This document shows positions 13,630-23,539 of a DNA stretch of 64,000 nt, piece by piece. The notes below the pieces were generated by a model. That model did not search any database. It worked only from the letters and a program-made list of their open reading frames with translations, and was not told the origin of the DNA. Each line of letters begins with the position of its first letter. Positions within the stretch are counted from its first letter, which is position 1. Origin of the DNA: Phaeosaccion multiseriatum (taxonomy: Eukaryota > Protista > Ochrophyta, other classes); NCBI GenBank assembly GCA_965112735.1, contig OZ218963.1, positions 3,100,001 to 3,164,000 of the forward strand. Direction: 5' to 3'. Both the position numbers and the translations under genes were made by a program.

Positions 13630-14094
13630 GCAGCAGGAGGAGGAGGAGGAGGAGGAGGAGGAGCAGCAGCAGCAGCAGCAGCAGGAGGAGGAGGAGGAGG
13701 AGGAGGAGCGGGCGGCGAGGACGCGGAGGGAGGAGAGGGCACGCAGCAGCAACAGCAACAGACTGTCATCGGGGTGGTGCAACTCATCAACAAGGTGGCC
13801 TTTGGGGACATTCACGGGGGAAGCTTCACCAAGCAGGATGAGGACATTATGAAGACGTATCTCAGTATGGTGGGGCCGATGCTCACCAACAAAATCTTCC
13901 CCAAGAAGAAGGCCAACAGCACGCTGCCCGCCGCCGGAAAAGAGAGTCGTCCGACCGCCACGAGTCCCGCGGGGGGCATGAAACGCATCGCGTCGCACGC
14001 CGCCAACACCAACCTTCAACCCATCGAGTGCGGGGGCGACTTGGAGGACGAGCAGGAGGAGACCATTACAGAGGCGGCGGGAGAGGGAGGGTGA
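11205..14094 (+). CDS. RIIa-like dimerisation/docking domain plus two GAF domains, no catalytic domain (6 exons)
   Basis: N-terminal YLLRLNCKAMMEWLTARSILHRPDDPMQFLFDLL is D/D-like. GAF-A: LGMGLVGIAAKTGDVVMV..DPRF..VLCVPV. GAF-B: RCTVYLVD..QLW..LPMDKGIAGHVATTGETVNVQDAY..ILAMPI..VIGVVQLINK..FTKQDE. Confidence 0.85.
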
Positions 14095-14642
14095 AGGGTG
14101 AGCGACGCAAGGGTCCCTTGCGTGGATTGAGGTGCCGCTTCGACGCTACAGAGACTGTGGTCCTTTTGGAGGAACGGGAAACATCCCATGCGCCATGACA
14201 TATAAGGCACGGGCACTAAAGCCACCGTGCCTATCATCCTGTGGGGCTCTGGGGCGGAGGGGGAGGGGGGTTACTCATCGTATCATCGTGCTCATTTCAC
14301 TCCTTCACTCGCTCGTCTGTGGCCGACTAGGCTGCTATAGGGTTATCATGATAACGTGTATGTATGCAAGTAAGCGCGGAGTGTTTCACAGAGAGGCAGT
14401 GCGTTGCACTCTTGACTTGGGGGCCCATGTTATTCATCGCTCGGCTCTTGCACCGCGTAGTTGCGTTACGGCATGAACAGTACCCACGTGAAACGCTTTG
14501 CTATTACGAAAGGTTACGTAACCAACCGCAAGGAAGGAGACTGACCCCCCAATGCCCCCCAATGTCCTGTAGTAGCAGTGTTTCATTTCCTCGGTCAGGA
14601 GGGAGAGTAAAAAGGGGCCCCTAAGGCCCTAAAGGGCCCTCG

Positions 14643-14674
<32 letters not shown>

Positions 14675-14675
<1 letters not shown>

Positions 14676-15127
14676 TCGACCCCTGACGCGCTATCCGCTG
14701 TCCGCTATCGGATGTCGACCCCTGACACGCTATCGGCGCCGGCGATAGCGGACAGCGGATAGCGTCTCAGGGGTCGACTATCGCCGGCGCCAGGCGGCGC
14801 GCTATCCGCTATCGCCAGCGTCAGCCGGCTTTGGGGGGGGGGGGCGGTTGTGGGGGCATGCTATCCGCTATCGCCGGCGCCAGCCGGTGCGCTATCTGCA
14901 ATCGGGGGGGCCGCTAGCGTGCTATCGAGTCGGCTCCAGACTGGCCTAGAAGCCTATGCTCTAGGCCGGCCATTTTCTCCCTAGGCCGGCGGTTCTAGGC
15001 CTAGGCCTCGACCTATCTGATATAATTACGGCCGGCGGGCGCAGCCGGCCTGATTACTGATTATGCGCCAGCCGGGGGCTGATTACTGATTACGGCCGGC
15101 GCACACCGTAATCTTATCCAGGGTCGA
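14675..15127. repeat. GC-rich composite non-coding repeat block with hairpin and MITE fragment
   Basis: TCGACCCCTGACGCGCTATCCGCTGTCCGCTATCG (14676) has a near-perfect inverted copy at ~14743-14778. 14795-14929 closely matches 29150-29284. The block ends in CAGGGTCGA. Confidence 0.75.
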
Positions 15128-15130
15128 AGA

Positions 15131-15231
15131 GAGGGAGGGAGGGAGGGAGGGAGGAGGGAGGGAGGGAGGGAGGGAGGGAGGGAGGGAGGGAGGGAGGGAG
15201 GGAGGGAGGGAGGGAGGGAGGGAGGGAGGGA
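15131..15231 (+). repeat. (GGGA)n polypurine microsatellite, ~100 bp
   Basis: Directly visible tandem GGGA, ~115 bp upstream of the WKF gene ATG. Confidence 0.95.
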
Positions 15232-15345
15232 ATGTGGTCGTCTCCTGTATAAGTCAGTGAAGTCTAACCTGGCCCGGGCCGGCTGGGGCAGCGCGGAAGC
15301 GCGGAAAGCGGGAAGCGGGGTCTCGGGGGCCTCTTTCATAAAGCC

Positions 15346-16333
15346 ATGGCGCCCCGCATCAGCCCGCATCAACAGAAAGGCAAGAAGCGTGTTGCGCGCC
15401 ACATCCAAAAAGCTGTTGATGCAAAGAGCCAGAGAGCAGAGAAAGAGAAGGAGGCTGGCGAAGTACTACAAGAAGGCCCCTCACTGAAGGGGAAAAAGAG
15501 GCAGCGACGAGAGCGAGGTTAGGCTGCAGTCCATACATCTCTCTCGCTCCCTCAGGCATCAAACATGTGTGGCCCAAGTAGCCCCCTAAATATTTATTCA
15601 AGGAGGCTATCCCTTCAGCCTCTCCGCCCACACCCTTCTCGTTCCCCTCTAAGCCTCCTTCTCCCTTTGTTCCAATACTGTTGCTTGTAGATGCTGCACC
15701 GCCGGAGAAGGAGGGCGAAGAGGAGCCTGTCAAGGTCAAGGATTTGGCCGAAGCGCGTGCTTATCTCATCCAATGGCAGGCCAAGCAAAATGATTCAACC
15801 TCATCTATTTCCTGGAAGTTCAACAAGAACCACCAGAGTTGGCTTGTACGACATGCGTACAACCCTCAAGTGGTAAGGGGCAGGGAAAAGGAGGATATGT
15901 ATACAGGAGGAGATGTGGCGCAGTTTACATGGTTTTTAACATGGTTTTCGGACTACAAGCTTACTTGCACGTCTTCGTCCCGCCCTTCCCTGCTGTGCAC
16001 CCTCCGGCCGCCCATTCCACTGACGGGGGTATTGCCGACTTGGTCGCTGTATGGTAGCTGGACGAGGAGCATTTCGACGTGCTGTGTAGCTACCTCGAAG
16101 GGCTCAAGGGCGGACAGCGGCAGAGACTCCTCGAGAGCGCCAAAGAGCTTATTGACAAGCATGCCCCTCCTGAGGACGAGGGCGAGAGGGGGGTGTCCAG
16201 CGGGCAAGTCGGAGAGGCGGAGGCAGATGCGGCGAAAGAGGGAGACGAGGGGGGAAAGGAAGAGGAGGGGGCGAGCAAGAAGAATTTTTTCATCTACGAC
16301 AGAGCACTGAAACTTGCGGAGGCCCTGACCTAA
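15346..16333 (+). CDS. WKF-domain (C7orf50-like) probable nucleolar protein (3 exons)
   Basis: ARAYLIQW...SWKFNKNHQSWLVRHAY...LDEEHFDVLCSYLEGLKGGQRQRLLESA...YDRALKL matches the WKF domain. Basic N-terminus starts at ATG 15346. Confidence 0.85.
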
Positions 16334-16802
16334 CTCTTGTCACTTGCTCCTCTATATATATATCAGATCGTGGTTACGAAGCAGCGCAGTGTTTCTTCTC
16401 AGCATCTGAAAGAGTCAGAGAGGAGAGGGGTTTTGGGGGGAATTACCCCGATAGCGCATCGCACAGCAGGAAGGAGGAAAGGGTGCGTCTCCGCAGATGC
16501 CATGATGAGTCCTTTCGTCGAGGGCATGAAGCTGCGCAAGGCACCAGTAGTATGGCAGTGGGAAGGAAAGTGCCCCAGCGTGACACGGAGACGAACGGGG
16601 TGCAGGGCAGGATGAATGACGTGAAGGCACCGTCGACAAAGCTGCTAGAGATATCCATCCCTTCAACCTGCTGGGCGAGTATGGTATGGATGGGGGGAGA
16701 GCAACATAAACGCTCCACACACCTGTGTGTTTCGTCGCACTCTTTCAAAGAAGGAGGCAGGAAGAGTGGGGATAAAAAAAGGTTTATATATTATGGCGTA
16801 TA

Positions 16803-19102
16803 TTATGGCGCTATTGATAGCAGGGACTCGCTCCCCTTTTGCGTCACGCGCGCTCTGCCCTCTTCCTCATCCTCCACCGCAACCTTCGGCTCCTCCTTGT
16901 CCTCCTTCTCTGTTCGGCTGTCTCCTCCTGTCGCCTCTAACCCCCTTACTCCCTCCTCTAACTCTGTTGCGCCTACACTGCTGCCACCCACGTCGAGCAC
17001 ATCGATGGTGTACGCGCGCGTACTTGCTCGTTCCTCTTGCTTCTCCTCCCAGTCCTGCCCTGAGCCTTGCCTACCGAGGCTCCCACTGCCATTGCTAAGC
17101 ACTATTGTTGACGTTGCCGCCGTACTGCCGCTCTCCAGCCCACTCCCACCCCCACTCCCGCCCCCTGCGCTGCTGCTGCGGCCCTCCTTCGTAGAAAGCG
17201 AGGCCGCCTCCTCTGCCGTCAGAGAGCTCTCGAAAGTGCTGGTGAGGTCGCTTCGCTGCTGCTCCTCCCGGTACTTGGCACGCACGCGCTTCTCCTCTTC
17301 TTCCTCCTCCTCCAAGGCCGCAAGTGTGTCACTCCCCGCCAGCCCCTTCTCCACCCACATGGCCTCGTTGTCCTCGAGGTTCTCCATGCAGACGGCCGCC
17401 TCCGGAGTGTCCAGGAAAGCGACCCACCCCTTGAACAATGGCTTGACAAGGAAATTGATGAAGCCCTGCAAGAAGCAATGAGATTTCGCGCATTATATGC
17501 GTGAGAAAGCGTGAGAAAGGTAGGCAAGAAGGAGTGGCACAGTGGGCTCAGGAAGAAGACAGACCTCGATACATGATCCCTAACCCCCACTCGATAGAAT
17601 ACTTGAATACGGCATTTGTTACCAGCCGGAGTAGGTACTCTTCCATGTATCCAAGCTCCTCCCCCTCCCTAAGCGTGAGGCGAGAAACCAAAACCGCAAG
17701 AGAGCAAACTCCACTCCCTCCCTCCCTCACTCCCTCCTTCACTCACCCACTCACCCACCCACTCTCAATCACTCACTCACTCACTCACTCACTCACCTGC
17801 TGGCTGTCGGCAATGCCTGTGGTGTTCCTGTCGCACAGCGGACTGAGCTCCAAGCCCATGCGCTGCTCCTCATCCCCCTGCAGGAAGAACTCCTCCACCA
17901 CGGCCTTGGTCCACTTCAGGTGCAAGGCGCGCGTGCGTGTGGGGTGTCCAATGTCGGCGGACTTGATGCACATCTTCATGGCGGACATGTACGTGCGGGT
18001 CTTGTTCTCCTCGCCGAAGTCGGTAACCTGTGGGTGCGCGCGTCCATGCGTTTTTGTTGAGTGCGTGCGTGCGTGCGTGCGTGCGTTAGTTCGTGAGAGT
18101 TAAAAGAAGGGGGATACGGGGGGAGAGCGTCGGTGGCAGCAGCAGTAGGGCGTTGAACGGCTTCGCTTAGTTCAGGAGAGTGCACAAGTGTAAGGGGGGG
18201 TGTTATTTGTATGTGTTTTGACTTGTGCGCCAAGCAAGCGATGGGCTGGATTGAAACAAGGAGGAGGATGATTGGAGTGAATTGAAGTGGAGCGTAACCG
18301 TAACCGATCAACACACCTGAATGTCTGCGAGATGCGCATTGAACTCGCCCAGCAGGTCAAAGTGCAGCTTGAGGTCCGTGGCCAGCACGAGTGGGATCTG
18401 TTTCATGTGTTTCATGCACATACGGGGTGGAGGGGATGGGGCAGACATGGCATCACCACCACAGAGAGGGATGGGTGAGTATACAGTACACAGCTCTTCC
18501 CTTAATACACGTAAGGGACAATCCCTCTACATCCTTTCCCGTCCAAACCCTCTAACTGCCCAGTCTGGTTGACGTGAGCGACTACCATGCCTGCGGACAT
18601 GAGTCATGCTCATGTCCAAGCCTGTCGGTACCGCGTACTGACCATAGTATCCCGGATGTTCTTGACCGTTTCCGCCTCCACGTCTCTGAAGAAGTTACAC
18701 CTGTCATTCCGGAGCACGCGGAAAGCCTCGGCGAGATGATAGTTCTCCAGTACACTGGTTTGTTTGAGATTGGGGTTTCGTTTTGTGTTGTTCGGGGTGG
18801 GTGGGTGGGGGGGGGGGTGGGATAATGTACCCAAACGTGTTGACGCAAAATGGAACGGTCGGTCAGGGGTCAGAGGTCCACGGTATAGAGGGTTAGACTG
18901 AGAAAGAAGGGGAAAGAAGGGGAAGAGTACAGGGGTTCCTGTCTCGATCCATACCGATGGAGTCAGCGACATCACCGCATGCCTATACACTTCTATCCGG
19001 CTTGAGAGCATCTGTGCTTCCCCTCTTGCCTTTCCTCTCCAGGATCGAACAGACACACGCTTGTAGATGAGGGGAAGCTCACCGCGCGCACACACACACA
19101 CA

Positions 19103-19146
<44 letters not shown>

Positions 19147-22100
19147 CACCTGACGTCGTTGTAGATGAGGGCAAGCTCATCGCGCGTCTTGATGAGGAAT
19201 GCGTTGGACCTTCCCGGGTGCTTAAAGTCATGCACGATAGCGGCGAGCAGCAAACTAATGCGCTCGATATCCGTCAAAGACGCCCCGAGATTGCAGCGAC
19301 TACAGAAGAACAAGGGAGGAGAACGATTGCGAGGGGGAAGGGGGGGAAGGGGGACAAGAGGATGGAAGAAGGCTTAGGCGAGTTCTGTTTTACCCGCGTC
19401 GAGAACGCGGGAGGGAGAGTGGAGACAAAAAGAGATACTTGAGGAGAGTGTAGGCGAGTCACATTTGTTCCGCGTCAATTTCCCTCCGTGGTCAACTCTC
19501 CTCTTCAACGCGCGGGCCCGGAGCGATTGTCAAACGCGTGCACACAAGCACAAACACTCACACACACGCACTCTCTCTCTCACGCACACACGCACAGTAT
19601 TCTCTTATATATATATTGGTACTCACTGCATGAAAAAGTGTACCCCTTGGGTGACGTCTGCTGCATGTCTCCTGTTGTGGTAGACATTGAAACAGCCCTG
19701 CTCGTCCCCCGATCCGTAGCCCCTCTCGATTTGGATCATTGCCTCCGTGAAGTGCCGCTTGCTCAGATTGAAGTGGTGGAAGAAGTTGTACTGAGAAGAG
19801 AAGAGAAGAGAAGAGAAGAGAAGAGAAGGGCGGGGGGGGGGTGGAGACAGAGATGAGAGGTACATCCATAGTCGAGGCGGAAAGAAAAGCTTCCTCATCG
19901 TTGTGTCCACCCACCTTTTGGCTGTCGAAGAGATAGTTGCACACGCTCACAAGAGGGTGTCCCAAGCTGACTTCATCAAGTTCGAAGGCGTTGAAGTCCC
20001 AATCATCCACGCTAAGCAGCTGCTCGAGTAGGCCGTCGTGTCCACCGTTCAGCTGTGGGCGATAGCGCGCAAGTGTGAGCAAGGGCGTGTCTTAATAGTA
20101 AGTAGTGAGACACAACACACATACGCATTTAGACCAAAAGTTGGCAAAATGCAATGCAGCAGGGGCGACGCATGTGAGCAGCAGGCAAAGCCAACAGCAG
20201 CCAGCGGCCACAGCAGCACAGCTCTGATTGCACGGGACAAAGAGTACTTGGCCCTGCGCGGCACAGACACAGACCAACAAGAGCGGAGACGAAGGTCGCC
20301 TAAGACAAGCGAGAGCCGTTACAAAGAAACAGAGGGTCGCTCCCTTCCCCTCCCGCACTTACCTCTTCCGAGAGGTCCAGTGGAGAAGAGGACCCAACGC
20401 TGCTGCCATTGCCATGACCGCTGGGGTCTTGGGAGACAGCAGAGTATGCTGCAGCAGCGGCAACAGAAGCAGCAGCAGCTTCAGCAACAGCGGCACTCCC
20501 GCGGCCCCCTCCTCCTCCTTGCACAGCATCATCCTTGGACTCTCCTTCTCCTCCTCCTCCTCCTCCTCCTCCTCCTCCTCCGCGTGCTGATGAGACGGAG
20601 CTGCGAAGTCTGCCGAGTACGCTCTTGCGTACGCTGCTATGCCCTCCATCGGACATGGTGGTGCTAGCATTGTTGCTTTTGGCGTCGAGCGATGCCGCGA
20701 GCATCTGCGCGTGCACCTCTGCGCTCGGGGGAACGCGACTGGCATTGGCTACCATCTCGTTCACACTATAGCGCCGCGTCTGCGGCTGCGAGCCGTACTC
20801 CTTCCAGTAGGCCTCATTTCCACGCTGGGTGTGCGTGCGTGCGTGAGAAGTGGGGGGGGAGGAGCAGGGGGGTGGGGGCGTGAGTGCCTCCTCAGGCGTG
20901 CGACTATGCTGTGTCACATCCGCGTTCGAGAGGAGAATCGGTCTCTCCACCTGTACTACAAGTCAAGGTACCTACAAAGCCAAGGTTCCCTTGCACTTGC
21001 TTGCGACTACGACCAAATACCCCCCCCCCCTCCCCATACCCACACGCAATCGCGAGCGACGAAACGCCCTCTCGAGCGACGAAGTGCTCTCTCTCTTCCT
21101 CGCATTCGCACTCTGTGTACTTCGCAATCCTTACCTGCAGGCCGAGGTGGACGTAAATCTGATTGTGCGCAAGCATGTGCAGGAGGCGCCGCAGCTCCGC
21201 CTTCTCCTGCTGCGAAAAGACGTTACACACGGGGCTCACGGTCCGTGCCACGTACTTGTACAGTTGCACTGCCGGAGCGGCTTCGTACTCCCCCCCCCCC
21301 CCCCCTTCGCCGTTTATCGCGTTCTCCCCGCCAGATCCGGCCCCGTTCCCCTCTCCCCCACCACCGCCGAATGACCCACGCATGGAGGTGGTGCCCCCTT
21401 CTCGCCCCACCCAATAGTGGCCCATAAAGGCTGCGACGACCCCGGCCGTCCTCCCCAGGGATACAAATCCCGCGGCCGGGGTGAGCAGGATGAGACTAAA
21501 CGACGTGACAATGGCATAGCTGTCCATTACGTTCAGCCAGCTGTAGGAGCGAACACACAAACGACAAGGGCAATTTGAGATTCGGTGGGGCATGGAGTAG
21601 AAGTAGAAGGGGGCTTTAAGAAAGGAAGAAGGAGAAAAGAGACAAAAGAGTCTGCCAGCCTCCCTCCCCACCGCGTGGGTGCATCATGCACTGTCTAACT
21701 CTCCTCGCCCTTCCTACCCCACCCCCAACCAGCTCAGCTCGCTCAGGTCCGTTCAGTTCAGTTCTCCTTCCGTACCTCGAAAAGTACGACAAGCCCGATG
21801 CACTGAGCCGTAGTCCGAGCTCCACCATAAAGAGTCCTGCTATAAATGCTTGGGCTACCCTTTCGCTCTGCCCCCAGTTTGAGCCGATGCGGTAAACGCG
21901 TGTGTCTCCTCGGGTATTGTACTTGAGCACGAAGAAAAGCACCACCTCGAGCACCACTCCGCCAGCGACGATGGCCCACGTCACGGGACTATTGAGCCAC
22001 GTCCGCATGTCGTTCTTAAAGCTGTGGGCGTGGCGCGGAGGGGATTGGAGTGGGCGGAGACGCGGGTGGTAAGCGTAAAGGACGGAACACATTCGTAGCG

Positions 22101-23007
22101 TGGAGTCCACCCGTCTGATATCCGCAGCTACAGCACGAACCGACACAATTCCATGTTGCTCCATGGATCTCCGACCGTCGAGCGCTTTCAGAGCCGGTCG
22201 AGCAAGCTGTACATATCGTCTCTTCCCCACGGATGATAGGTAGGAGCAGTAAAAACACACATACACACACACAACTTGTACTCTTTCCCTCACCTCATAT
22301 CCTCCTCCTGCTGGTCCAGCTTCCTGATTTGCGCCTGCATGTCCTCCTTAAAGCGCGTGAAGCTGCTCCGCCTCCTCGTGAAGGGCTGTTGCGAGGTGAA
22401 GCCTAGTGTGCTGTTAATACGCGCCAGAGACGAGCGAGTCGAGTTCTGCACGCTGATGCCGCGGCTGTTCGGACCACCCAACGAGCTGACGCTCTGCGGA
22501 AGGCGCGAAACGAAAGACAGAGACAGGACGCGACAAGACAAGACAAATCAAGACGATGACGGAAGGGGAGAAGGAGGCAGGGAGATTCATGAGGCGAAGA
22601 TCATACACAGTGAAACCTCCTCTCCCCCCAATGTCCCTCTGAGGCAATCGCAGGGAACACCTTCTCATGCCCCCTCCCGCTGGTGCTCCATCTTCACCTC
22701 AGGCTTCCAAGATCATCATCTCTTCCTCTCCCCCCTTCCGTTCCCCCGGCCTATCTCTCTTCGCCACGGTCGGTACCCCTCCCTTCCGTACCTCGCGCTC
22801 TCTCGGGGACCCCTGCCGGCCTGGCGTCGCCCTCCCCCCAATAGAGTCACCCCCCCCGGTCGCCCCCGTGACTAACATCATCGGGGGACCAAAGTCCTTC
22901 AGCGAGAGGCGGTGCGTCGGCGTGGGGTGGTGGTAAGAGGTGTGGCCCCTCTCGTGGTGCCCTCCCCCGCCGCCCCGCTCCAGCCTCTCGTGGTGCGGGC
23001 CCGTCAT
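16803..23007 (-). CDS. Class I 3',5'-cyclic-nucleotide phosphodiesterase with N-terminal voltage-sensor-like 4-TM domain (about 12 exons)
   Basis: Catalytic motifs: WDFNAFEL, YHNRRHAADVTQ, HDFKHPGRSNAF, SVLENYH, LATDL, KSADIGHP, EEFFLQGDEE, SQQGFINFLVKPLF. Upstream in-phase exons encode S1-S4-like helices. The start codon is uncertain. Confidence 0.88.
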
Positions 23008-23539
23008 CGCCTCGAAGCTTCGTAGCCTAGTGCGCCCCCTCCGCCTCCTCCCGAGTAGCCCCCCCCCCCCCCCCCCTTCCTCACTCCCCCCCTCCACCTT
23101 TGATGGAGGGGTTGGCCTGGTACGGCTGCCTTTCTCAAGCACCCGGTGGGATTGTGCAACCAAAGGAGCGCAAGCTTGTTCACATGGGTAGCCCACGCCA
23201 GCAGTCAGCAGAAGAGTGCGAGAGAGTGCGTTCTTGCACCAAAGCCGAGCGTAGAGTGGGGTTGGTCGTCCTACTTCTCGAAGTAAGTTGCTTTGAGTCT
23301 GCTAGGAGGAAAGGACCGAAGTGACGGTTATGGTTTGCAACATGCCCCCGGGGTTATTGACATAATGTCTTTGGCGCATGCGTCCGGCAAGCCTTCTCTT
23401 TGAGCAGATCAAGGAGGGCAGCACAAGACCAGGCCAGCTTGTTCTTTGTGGGGGGGGGGCTCTTTGGTGTGGTAGGTTCTAGAGCAGGGTGCAGGAGGAA
23501 GCAGGAAACCTTTTGCTTTCCATCTATGGCGAGGAGGAG

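Noticed and set aside
16483-17481. 332-aa plus-strand ORF
   Set aside because: Antisense to the last PDE exon, with Ser/Pro-rich shadow composition.
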